Shown in pieces: positions 13,738 to 25,851 of a stretch of 64,000 nucleotides of DNA. A program made the translations under genes and the position numbers. Every line of letters begins with the position of its first letter. Position 1 is the first letter of the stretch. This DNA is from Octopus vulgaris (taxonomy: Eukaryota): positions 8,618,001 through 8,682,000 of the forward strand of contig OX597818.1 of assembly GCA_951406725.2 (NCBI GenBank). Reading direction: 5' to 3'. The notes below the pieces were generated by a model that saw only the letters and a list, made by a program, of their open reading frames with translations, was not told the origin of the DNA and did not search any database.

Positions 13738-14435
13738 AAACCACACATGCGTACATATATATACACATACACCTATACATACATACATACACACACATAG
13801 ATACACGCACATAAGCACATACATATATATATCCATATCCATATTCGTATTCATATTCATATCCATGCCCATATTTATATATATATATAAAGATATATAC
13901 ATATATAAATGCACATACATATATACATACATATATTCATATTTACATTTATACATATATATATATATGTACATATACACATACATAAACATATACACAT
14001 GCATATACCTACACATAAATATATATTCGTGTACACACACACATACATTAATACATACACACACATATATACACACATATGCACATACACACATATACAT
14101 ATACACACATATATATATACACATACATACACATACATACATATATATCTATATATACATATATATATATATACACATACATATACACACACATATATAT
14201 ACACATACAAAAACATGTACACATATACTCATACACACGTGTACACGCCTTCACATACACATGTACATACACAGTTGCACACACACTCACATACAAGTAC
14301 ATATATGCACTCGTATACATATATGTGCACATATACACATGCCCACATCCATATATATGTATATAGTCTTAGGAGAGAAGGTAATTGGGGTGCTGAAGGA
14401 ACGGTGGGGGTGGGGTTTTTGTCGGTGGGGTGTCG

Positions 14436-15297
14436 TCAATCGGGTTGCAGGGTGGGTCTGTAGTTTTTGTAGTTTGCATAAATTTTGTGCATACAGTTTG
14501 GGGAGTGTTCCGAGATCTTGTTGAGGAGAGGGCCTTTGGCGAACAAGATCTCCAGGTTCTCAGAAATGCAAAGGTCACAGCAGGTATGGCCTCCTGTGTA
14601 AGAACGCGCCCTCTGTAGTAGTCTCCACTTGATCTTGAAGGGGATGGAGTTCCTTTTAAGGTGCCAGATATGGGCGGCGAGAGTAGTCTGGTTAGATTTG
14701 TCAGGTCGCCGGAACGAATGTGTTTGGGCGTACCAGCGAGTCTAAAAACTATTTGACGTCGTTCCGATGTACGATTTTCTTTTATCATCGGGGCCTGATC
14801 GTATATCGCATATGTAGACGAGATCCTTCTGTAGGCAGTTGTTGTTGAGTGGGCAAGTCGTCTTATCAGGACAGTTGCAATTGCTGTCGGATGTTGGATG
14901 GGCTTCGGAAAAAGTAGATTTATTAAGTTTTTTTACGTTATTGTTGGCTAGGTTCCTGGCTAGATTGGGTGAGGTTGAGTAGGAGAGTCTAATGGTGTTC
15001 TTATTAAGGATTGTATAGTACTTATGTTGGGTGGGGAAGTGTTTTTGTAGGAGAGTGAAGAAAATTTTAGCTACAGGTGTTGAAACTTCACGGTTGAAGG
15101 TGGGGTTGTACCAGCTAATGTGTCTTCGCCTATTTTTCCTGGGTTGGCGTGGGGCTATGCTAATGTAGGTGATCTTATCTTTAAAGCCACTGCGGGCCAG
15201 GACCTCGTTGTAATACGGGGCTGCGGCATTAAAGATATCTTCGGTGGCAGAAAGGATAGATATTCTAATGGAGACACTTTCACTAGGTTGTCTAATA
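14436..15297 (-). pseudogene. PLE RT C-terminal region plus GIY-YIG endonuclease (premature TAG at ~14742)
   Basis: 'IFNAAAPYYNEVLARSGF...RRHISWYNPTFNREVST...HFP...ILNKNTIRLSYS...CNCPDKTTCPLNNNCLQKDLVY...YIGTTSNSF*'. Confidence 0.88.
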
Positions 15298-15301
15298 ACG
15301 T

Positions 15302-15801
15302 AAAAAAAACTTAATAAATCTACTTTTTCCGGAGCCCATCCAACATCCGACAGCAATTGCAACTGCCCTGATAAGACGACTTGCCCACTCAACAACAACT
15401 GCCTACAGAAGGATCTCGTCTACATATGCGATGTACGATCAGGCCCCGATGATAAAAGAAAATCGTACATCGGAATGACATCAAATAGTTTTAAGACTCG
15501 CTGGTACGCCCAAACACATTCGTTCCGGCGACCTGACAAATCTAACCAGACTACTCTCGCCGCCCATATCTGGCACCTTAAAAGGAACTCCATCCCCTTC
15601 AAGATCAAGTGGAGATTACTACAGAGGGCACGTTCTTACACAGGGGGCCATACCTGCTGTGACCTTTGCATTTCTGAGAGCCTGGAGATCTTGTTCGCCA
15701 AAGGCCCTCTCCTCAACAAGATCTCGGAACACTCCCCAAACTGTATGCACAAAATTTATGCAAACTACAAAGACTACAGACCCACCCGGCAACCCGATTG
15801 A
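15302..15801 (+). pseudogene. PLE GIY-YIG endonuclease domain (open frame, but a truncated fragment of the RT-EN polyprotein)
   Basis: 'CNCPDKTTCPLNNNCLQKDLVYICDVRSGPDDKRKSYIGMTSNSFKTRWYAQTHSF...TLAAHIWHLK...IKWRLL...CDLCISE...LLNKISE...CMH'. Confidence 0.85.
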
Positions 15802-16599
15802 CGACACCTCACCGACAAAAACCCACCACCCCCACCGTTCCTTCAGCACCCCCAATTAACTTCTCTCCTAAGACTATATACATATATATGGATATGGGCA
15901 TGTGTATATGTGCACATATATGTATACGAGTGCATATATGTATTTGTATGTGAGTGTGTGTGTGCAACTGTGTATGTGAAGGCGTGTACATGTGTGTATG
16001 AGTATATGTGTACATGTTTTTGTATGTGTATATATATGTGTGTTTATATGTATGTGTATGTATATATATATATATGTATATATAGATATATATATATATG
16101 TATGTGTATGTATGTGTATATATATATGTGTGTATATGTATATGTGTGTATGTGCATATGTGTGTATATATGTGTGTGTATATATTAATGTATGTGTGTG
16201 TACACGAATATATATTTATGTGTAGGTATATGCATGTGTATATGTTTATGTATGTGTATATGTACATATATATATGTGTATAAATGTAAATATGAATATA
16301 TGTATGTATATATGTATGTGCATTTATATATGTATATATATGTGTATAAATGTAAATATGAATATATGTATGTATATATGTATGTGTATTTATATATGTA
16401 TATATCTTTATATATATATATATAGATATAAATATGGGCATGGATATGAATATGAATATGAATATGTATATGGATCTATATATATGTGCTTATGTGCGTG
16501 TATCTATGTGTGTGTATGTATGTATGTATGTATGTATGTATGTATGTATGTATGTATGTATAGGTGTATGTGTATATATACGTACGCATGTGTGGTTTT

Positions 16600-16630
<31 letters not shown>

Positions 16631-16867
16631 TGCGTATATGTATATGTACGCGTATGTGTATGTGTAAGTATAGGTATTTGCATGTACATATATTTATTAT
16701 TTGTGTATGCATGTATGTATATGTGTATATGTATATGTATGTATGCTTGTATGTATTTATGTATATACAGATGCGCGTGTGTGTATGTGTATGCATGTGT
16801 ATATACATATGTATATATTTATGTATGCGTATGGGTATTTGTGTATATATATGTATATATGTGTATT

Positions 16868-16908
<41 letters not shown>

Positions 16909-16935
16909 TTGTATACTTGTGTGTGGGTGTATGTA

Positions 16936-16989
<54 letters not shown>

Positions 16990-18584
16990 GGTATATATAT
17001 ATATATATTTATATGTATGTATATGTATGTGTGTATATGTATGGACTTGTAGACTTTTTTATATATGTATATATATATATGGGTGTGTATGTGTGTAGAT
17101 ATGCGTATTTGTATTTGTATGTGCATGTGCTTATATATATATGTATATATGTATATATATGTATGTATATGTAGATATGTATATGTATATTGGTGTATGG
17201 GTGTAAGTATATATATATGTATGTATATGTAGGTATATACGTATATGTATGTGTATATATATACATATATATATATATGGACTTTTTGTATGTGTACATA
17301 TGCATGTGTATATGTGTAGATATGTATATGTATGTACGTGTACGTATGTGTATGTATGTGCATGTATGTATATATATGTGTGTAGGTATGTATGTGCATG
17401 TATGCATTTATGTACACATGTATGCATGCATGTGTACATATATGTATTTATGAGTGTATGGATGCGTATATATGCGTATGTATGTTTATATGCACATATG
17501 TTTTTATACGAGCATATGCGTTTATATATGCGGGCAGATATTTATGTGTGTTTATGTGTACTGAAGTACGTTTATATATGTGTGTTTGTGTGTACATAGT
17601 TATGTATACGTTTATGTGAAACTGGGTACAATTATGTATGTATGCATATGTGTACTTGTGTGTGTATATGTATGTGCATGTATATATATGTATATATATG
17701 TGTATGTAGAGAGAGATATATAGATATGTATAAGTGGATGAGGAGGAAATGAGTCAGAGAATATGTGTGTTTGTGTATGTGTATGAGTGTGCGTGTGAGT
17801 GTGTGTGTGTGTGAGTGTTTGCGTTCGTATCCGTGGGTAAAGAGATAGAAAGGAAGGGAGAGGGGAGCGGTAGATGGATTTCATTTAGGCCTGCTAGAAC
17901 CCTGGGGAGTTCTAGGAACTTTTGGCGTTTGTCTACTCTAGCGCCACTAAATGTGTGTCGGCGGGTAGGTAGGTCATACAATATATTATACCTTTTATGA
18001 TTTTGAAGAGGTCAAGGGAAAATAAAAATAAAAATAATAAGGGAGGAAGATGAGGAGAGAAGAATAAAAAATATATATATATATGTGTGTGTGTATGGGT
18101 GTGTATATTTATATATATATGTGTAGATATATGTGTGCGTGTGTTTGCTTGTTTACATGTATGTGTATATGTATTTGTATATATATGTGTATGTATATAT
18201 ATGTATATGTATGTATGTGTATGTATGTGTGTGTCTGTCTGTATATACATGGGCATATGTATATGTATGTGTATTAATATTTGTATGTGTATGTATGTGG
18301 GTTTGTATGTATATTTATTTTATATGTTCTTTTATGTATACTTATCCACTTCTTCCCTCCACTTAATAACAACAACAACAAACTGACTGAAAGCGATAGT
18401 CTTCTAATTTACCTAAAACTCTATTCAATTATTCTATTTATTCATTTATTTACTTCATCACTGATTCTTTTGACCACTCCCCTAAGAAAGACAGTTTGTG
18501 CCCTGCTTACCCCAAAAATGTCCCCCACCACCACCCAATTAAATCTGCCTAAATGTATAAATGCCAGAACTTATTTTGACAGCA

Positions 18585-18635
18585 AGCTTCCTGATGATTT
18601 CATTTGAATGAAACAGTTCTAGTCCTGTAGAAGCT
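18585..18635 (+). ncRNA. Type I hammerhead ribozyme motif, intact core
   Basis: Stem I AGCTTC/GAAGCT; CTGATGA; short stem II TTC-ATTT-GAA with a U.U closing mismatch; GAAA; stem III CAG/CTG with a CTAG-containing loop; GUA cleavage triplet (cut after 18629). Confidence 0.8.
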
Positions 18636-18701
18636 CCTTCTATAAAATAAATTAATATACTCTGCTATGTATTGAGTACCTTATTTACTGAACCCAGGAC
18701 C

Positions 18702-18747
<46 letters not shown>

Positions 18748-18779
18748 AATATATATGTGCGTGTGTGTGTAATTATACA

Positions 18780-18865
18780 TTTTTTATTTTTATTTTTATT
18801 TTTATTTTTATTTTTTTACCTAGTTTCAGCTCACAAGCTGTGGCCATACTGGGGCACCGCCATTT
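18780..18865 (-). mobile_element. SINE/LINE 3'-tail fragment
   Basis: Minus strand GGCGGTGCCCCAGTATGGCCACAGCTTGTGAGCTGAAAC followed by an A-rich (AAAAAT)n tail; resembles the CR1 3' UTR at 11975-12020. Confidence 0.65.
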
Positions 18866-19683
18866 TGCTGGGTTTCTTATAAAGTATGTTTTTAAGTATA
18901 CTTCACAATATATGGACTGTATTAAGAATTGCTCATTACGAGCTAAATCGAAGGATAAGAGAAATTATAGAAGGAACTCATCTAGGCAACCAATACAGAT
19001 TCCAAAGCATAATTTAAAACACGCAAGTCATATGTGAAAATTATGTCCTCGTGGAATCGAGGTACCGAATGCAAGAATGGATCTTCAAATTATTATTATG
19101 TAGGATTTCATCGCTAAGGAAACCATCCTGCTGAATTATGTCTCAGTAGTTGAAATGCTTTAAACGCCATTTATACATTTTTGCGCATGCGTATATAAAC
19201 AGAAGATAGAAGTATTACAGACATTTCTCCACACACACACACTAACTAAACATAGACGCACATAGAGATATACGCATGTGCAAATGAAGACAATTACAAT
19301 AGAAATACAAAATAGCTGACGGTTAGTAAGGAGAGACACACAAATAAGAAAGAAGAAAGCAAAGGACCACTGATGCGGTCACAGAAGTGTGACGAAAGAA
19401 CTCTGGCCGAAATAAGATTAATGTAAAAAATGAATAACGCTGCAGCAAAGTAACACCAAATATATAGTGCGTGTGTTTTTATTGGCTAAACTGGCAAAAT
19501 GACCATTCCAAAATATAACAATATCTGTTTGAACACACGACTTCACATAAAAAATCTTGCACAACAAATATATATATAAAATTCTTTAAGTGTCGGTAAC
19601 TTAAATAAAGCAAAAGCATTTTTAATGTATTTATATAAAGAAATTTAAATGTACCTAATCTTTAAAAAGGAGCATTTTCGTTC

Positions 19684-19746
<63 letters not shown>

Positions 19747-20536
19747 TCTACATATTTGGAAATCTATAGGTGTGTTTGTTTGTGGCGTATTAAGACATCG
19801 TTTTATCGATTTTGATGAAACTTGACACGTCAGTAGAACTCATGTCTGGAAAACTAGAGACATATTTAGTTTGTTGAAAAGCCGATAATAGGGCGCCTGG
19901 AAGGGATTGTTATATCTATACATATAGCTAATATATTATTCTTTTAAATCCAAGCGAAATAACCCTTTTGCTCCTCGTATAAATCACATTGATTAGGCTT
20001 AGTGCTTAGTATTTGAAATATTTGAGTTATTTTCGCAATTTATCCAGTACAACGCTTAAACAAGTAGATAGTATTTTCTTAAACAACAGATCTAATTATT
20101 TTGGTTAGTGACTTATTCACGAATGTACCAACACTAGCGCCGCTGAGTGTAATATTTTTCAGAGTTATTTACTGTGAATCGATATTATCTCATATCTTAT
20201 TAGCCTGTTATTACGTAAAATGCTTCACGATTTTAGTATACATACCTTATTAGTATTTCCTCCTAAGTTCTATATACACTGGGTATGCATTAAAGCCCTT
20301 TATTTGAATTCTTACTATCGGGTAATTAATTTCAATTTATTACATGACTGACTTCACATTTTGGGTATTCATAACTTACTGGGAATTCCTAAAAAAGATC
20401 CTGTGTAAGACAGTTCGGTATTCTCAATAAATGCACAAAATTCTGTATTGTTGTTACTGGATTAGCAAAACAATTATGAGGACGGAACCAAGGGATAAGC
20501 CCCGCTTTGCTAGGAATTACCGGGTACGTCAGCTAG
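19747..20536 (+). mobile_element. Possible degenerate non-autonomous Helitron (ends may belong to separate elements)
   Basis: 5' part contains ATCGATTTTGATGAAACTTGACA; 3' end CCCG...CCGGGTACGTCAG-CTAG|T at 20533-20536. Confidence 0.3.
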
Positions 20537-21589
20537 TATATATATACGGTTTCTCTGCAGACACCCTTAATTTACCGCTTTTCAATAGCATTCTTTTTAA
20601 ACTCATACAGAGCTGTGCTGTGCTTAAAATACTTAATGATGGACCGTCAACAGCGCAAATATGCAAATCAAGGAATCCACAAACGTTGACGTGCGATTTT
20701 TTTTTATGCTCTATGTACTAGCTGGTCTTTTGCAAGATAAAGTAAGTCGGGTTAGTTTTCTATGAAGTTCAATTAACAACCTTCAATTTGCTTGTCAGAA
20801 ATGTAACTTTCTTTTTGCTCTCCTATTCTCTCTCCCTCATTATTTCCTAAAGAACGAATGCATTTATATTCATATTTAATCAATGCTGAAACTAGCAATG
20901 TTTATACTACCAATGTTTATACATGTACGTACACATTCTATCAGCATGTTAGAGTCTGAGAAATTTCATCAGTTCTAGCAAGAGTAGCACTGCGGTGAAG
21001 CTGGGGCGCAAATATCTCATATATTTTATATGGTATGTTTGTATATCCATGTCAATTACAAAGGAAGATGCGGGTGTTCCGAAGGATTCCTGCAATAGAT
21101 CAAACAAGAAAAATAATACTGAGAATGTTAGGAGATACGATAAACGATTATTTCACGCCAATTATGACAGCAAACACACATCGGCTTGTCAGTAGTGCAC
21201 CATGAAATTTTAAAAAATGCACAGAAAATATTATTGGACAACCGTACTTGTCAACGCATTTTTGTAAGCAATTACAACGCATTGGAGACATCAGCAAATG
21301 TTATATGCAAGGTTTGACTCTGTTCTATTCCTATGGCTCTAGTCTTCTAGTCTTACTCCAAAGGTCATATATGAAGTTTCCTTTCAGAGTGAATTACACA
21401 GGCATCCCGGCTAAATACTGTTACTAATAATATTGTTGCTGAGACAAGTCAGAAGTATTGTAACCAAGACTGCCAGAAATGTGGAAGAGAATTTGAGTTG
21501 TGTATTCTAGATGCGACTCAATTGACTGAAATATAATCACATATATATATATACATACATACAAGCACACGCATACACACACATGCATA

Positions 21590-21613
21590 TGTACACACAC
21601 ACACAAACACACA

Positions 21614-21695
<82 letters not shown>
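21590..21695. repeat. (CA)n microsatellite
   Basis: Directly visible. Confidence 0.95.
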
Positions 21696-21705
<10 letters not shown>

Positions 21706-22249
21706 AATATATAACATATCACTTATTAGTCTGAAACCAGAATCCGCAGAGCTAAATGTTCCGCCTGCCTAAAATTCTCGCCAGGAGAATGGTAGTAAAT
21801 GACACTGAGGTACTAAACATTACAACGAAAAACACTTAGAACTTTGAGAACAGTATATGAAATGGAAGACCTCGGACATATACATATATTTCAGTACAAA
21901 AATACAAAAAATCTATATTTTAGATATCATGTACAACACACACACACACATGTATAACGATAGTCAAGTGAGAATTTTCCTTGAGACTTCAGCTAGTTTT
22001 GCAGAGATTTATTGTTCTGTTTTATAGAGAATTTTTTTTAATGGTTGGAATATTTTCATCTCCAAATTCGTTGGTCATAATAGTTTTCGATGGTCTTGTA
22101 TTTCAGCCGTATATTTTCATATTTCTTTCTTTCTACATGCTGTTTCCTTCATTTCCTTATTTGTTGAATATTTCTGTTTGTCTATAGATTACATCATTCA
22201 GTTTGCATTACTATTCTGTTTTTTGGCATAATAAATTCTTATATGTATG

Positions 22250-22374
<125 letters not shown>

Positions 22375-23259
22375 GTTTATATAATTGTTTTCGAAATATA
22401 TGTTTTGCGTATGCGTTTCCTTACTATATTGCTTCTATCCGTACAGATTATATAGTTTTTACTTTCATTTGTTTACTTATTTATCTCTACTTTTTTTAAA
22501 AATTTCACCCAAGTATGAGTATGTACGTCTTTATGTATTATACAGGTGTATGTATTATAATGTCTGTATTGTGTCTTTTTTCACTTCTGTCTTTAGTACT
22601 CTTGTTGCGTATAGTGGTGGTGATAGTGGCGGGTATTCTGCTGAGGCTCGGTCTCTTTATAACGATATTTGTGGCCCCTGTAATCTGTCGAAGTATCCCT
22701 TAATACCTTAACCTCTCTGTTATTAACCGAGCCTCTATGTTCTAGCTGAGCATGCTGGTTGATCAATGGTGAACTTTTTTACACTTTGAGCTCCCCTCAG
22801 TATGCATCTATCCACTTATGTCTTCTTGGGGTTAAAAAGTCGTTCTTAAGTTCGTTCGAGCGAAAAACAAAAGTGCTAACAAGAGTGCTTAGTACAACAA
22901 AAAAAAAAAATAGTGCTAACAAGAGTGTTGTGTACAAAAAGTGAACAATACTACCTAAGAGTCGGGTAACAATTGCTTAACATCAGGCAACGACTCCTCA
23001 TGATATAAAAGTGATTACGTAAAAAAGAAATAAAAATAATAATATTAACTTGCAATGGAAGTCAGTCCAAAATGGGGAGATTTTGTGGCGAGAGTAATTG
23101 ACACCCCTGGGGATTGGAAAATAGACTAGACGAACTCTTAAAAAGAGTAGTGCTAGGTAGTAGTCAGAGAGAAAGTTTTGGTAGCCTCGTGAAGCACGTC
23201 GTGTGAACACATTGATTAAACATCGCCTGCATATTTATTTTTTATACTGACCTGCAGCA

Positions 23260-25800
23260 GGATATAAAACCTTCCGAGGTCTAGAATCAAAAGCCTTCGA
23301 AGCGGACCTACGGGGCATGATACTCAGTCTGAAATTCCGTAAGTCATTTTCCTCTTTTCAAAGCAAATTCCGAGTAGATATACAAAAGATAAGAAACTCT
23401 AACTAGTCCTTAATCTTTTCGGATAAGTCCAAGAACTTATACGTGATAGGTACATACGCTCACAAAAGGCTTTTAAATGATTCAATCACACAAAAATACA
23501 GACGCGCTTCCCCATATATTTACAATAACATTAACTGTGCAGCTAAACAAATAGCAGATAACCTAGGTATGGCAGAGTAGAGATCTTGTCCAAGAGAAAT
23601 GCTTTTATAACTTTGAGGGTTCACGAGCCGCATTTTGCTTCCCAAATGACGCCTGATCAACCCGGCAAGTCCGAGATTAGCCAGGTGAGTAAATATGCTC
23701 TGACGATGTGTTTTCTTATGTCATAATTGATGACAGAAAACGATACACGAGCCTCCCTCATTGACGCAGCACCAATTACGTGACCTCATGGTTTATTGTC
23801 AACCGAGACAGAGGCAGGGCTAGATTTACCCTGCTCGACATTGTCGACTTATATTCATCTATTTCTAAAGGGTTATTGTTGATGGCATTTTCTTTGCCAA
23901 GAGCTTCACAGATATTAGTAAAAGTGATGTTATAGTTATCATGCATGACAGGAAGACAGTGCTGTTCAGCAAAGATTAGATTTGGGTTAAGCAATCTGAC
24001 CATGAGTGTTCCTTTGATGTAGCTATGGAAACATATGACAGCACCGATGTCTGTCATCTTATTGGACTGTACATCCTAGACATCTTAGGGAAGAGGTTTC
24101 CTTCAGTCATCTTTGGCCTCTACAGAGATGATACCCCAGCCATCTCTAGAGGAGCCAACGGCTACGCATTAGATAGACTTAGAAAGGCCCTAATTAGCAC
24201 CTTAGGCTCAATGGGTCTCAAGATCACCATTGAGACTAATCTCACCACAGTAGTTTTCTTAGTTGTTAATTTAGATTTGGGCTCTGGTACATACAAGCCC
24301 TATCACATACCAGACGATAGACTATAGTAGACTATAGTAGCACAGCCTCCTGCCATCACCTTATAGTTTTCAAGAACCTAGAGGATCTCGAGTGTTTCCT
24401 CGAGCCTAGTTATCTTCGACACTGCTGCCCCCTACTAAAATGAGGCACTGGCATCGAGTAAGTTTAAGGACCACATCTCCTACACGCCTGGCCCCAGCAC
24501 CCTGAAAAGAAAGTGCCGCAGAAATGTATTTTGCTTTTCTCCACCATTCTCGCTCAACGTCAAGACTAGTGTGGTAAATATTTTCCTTAGATTAATAGAA
24601 AAACATTTCGCACACAAACAGATACAGGCATTTATTTAACATGCACACTCTAAGTGTCTCCTTTAGATTTTGTGCCTAACATAAAATCATTCTAACAAGT
24701 ACCCACAATACAAGGGAGGGAGCAGGTTGCTCTTGCAGGGTATTTAATAACTGTCCAGTAGAAGGTCAATACATGGCTGAAGGTGTCATCTATGAGGCTA
24801 CGGTGATGCCTAGACCTGCTGTCCGCAATAAAATATTGTACCATCCAAAAGCAGATTAACTATATATCACCCCAATACATTTACCACGCCCAGACGTAAT
24901 AACTAGTCCAGGACCAGCGCCACCGAAGACTCCGGTACCACCACGACAGATAATGAACAATCCATAGACAGATAGATTGACCAGGCCCACAACGTGTGTT
25001 ACCAACAGTTCAATCATCGCACCTAGAAATGATGACCCATCCAGGACCAGCGATATGGAAGTATCCGCTGTTCTTAGTACCACTACCACAGATGATGACC
25101 AAATACTTACCTTTGACACTGATGGGATGACTGGGCCCGCACCATATGTTACCGGGTGTGCGATTAGGGCCACTCCCATGTTTGTAAGTATATCGGATCT
25201 GCGACTACCTCATTGAAGCGACGTTTACTTAACCACCAGTCATCATTCAGAGTCCCAGAAAACGGTTTGTCACGTCCCTGGCCCGCTATGTGTGACCCTC
25301 TCAAAGATATCAGTTGCAAATTAATTGATCATATATTAATGGAAGTGGCTATTGTAGGATCTGCATCGCGGGGAGAGCCAAATTTCTTAACGACCATTCG
25401 AAATCTTGCGCAGTAAGAAGTGTTTTATAAATGTATCCACTTCAAGCGCTACTTACTGGAAAACTGGATGTCCCAGTTTGCTAGTGAGGCCTCTTCAGGT
25501 CTATAAGAGTTATTTTTTCCCTCTGGTTCATGAGAAATAACCCATCCTCATTAACGTTAAATTGATAACTTATTTCTCGTTTTCAAGCGTTTCCTCACGT
25601 CCACCATGAGGAAATTTAATTTTTTTTTCTTTTTGTAAAGAGTCTGTCTAGCTGTCCACAAAGCTTTGACTTTGTGGATGCGAAACCTTGTGTAACTCTA
25701 TGTCCAATATATAAAATTATGTTGTAATACTATATATTTGTAACCACGTGTTCACATAAAAACTAGTAAGTAGGATTTTTTTACTTAACTACAAATTATA
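23260..25800 (+). mobile_element. Degenerate, near full-length Penelope-like element (Naiad-type RT + GIY-YIG)
   Basis: 'NAFITL...RLINPA' (~23600-23670); 'METYDSTDVCHLIGLYIL...GLYRDD...GLKITIETNL...YKPY' (24025-24327); 'FSPPFSLNVKT'; 'CSC...CPVEG...GVIYEATV' (~24730-24805); 'KYIGSATTSLKRRLLNHQSSF' (25186-25250); decayed hammerhead at 25639-25699. Confidence 0.85.
25639..25699 (+). ncRNA. Degenerate hammerhead motif at the 3' end of the PLE
   Basis: Stem I AGAGT/ACTCT; core decayed (CTGTCTA); 9-bp stem II TCCACAAAG/CTTTGTGGA; GAAAC...GTA. Confidence 0.45.
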
Positions 25801-25851
25801 CCCTAAACTAACAAATAAATAACCAAAAGCTCACACCCGTAAAAGAAAATA

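Larger units (their letters stand above)
10531..15297 (-). mobile_element. Penelope-like element (Naiad-type), 5'-truncated; left arm of the large inverted duplication
   Basis: Minus strand: RT C-terminal region, GIY-YIG domain, long microsatellite-like 3' region and a hammerhead near the end. Reverse-complement match to 15294-18648. Interrupted by a CR1 LINE. Confidence 0.88.
15294..18715 (+). mobile_element. Penelope-like element (Naiad-type), more strongly 5'-truncated; right arm of the inverted duplication
   Basis: GIY-YIG domain, microsatellite-like 3' region and hammerhead at 18585-18635; ends in (TA)n at ~18715. Confidence 0.88.

Noticed and set aside
15340-15801. Selenocysteine recoding, as described for some Naiad PLEs
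   Set aside because: No in-frame TGA at the Cys positions of either GIY-YIG copy; the stop in the left arm is TAG from a point mutation.
10572-18386. Dozens of long ORFs rich in Y/I/M/C/V/H/T
   Set aside because: They are translations of TA/TG/CA mosaics, which lack stop codons in most frames; not proteins.
22625-22740. CTGCTGA followed by the long hairpin GGCTCGGT/ACCGAGCC as a possible hammerhead
   Set aside because: No GAAA/NUH or stem I in the required positions.
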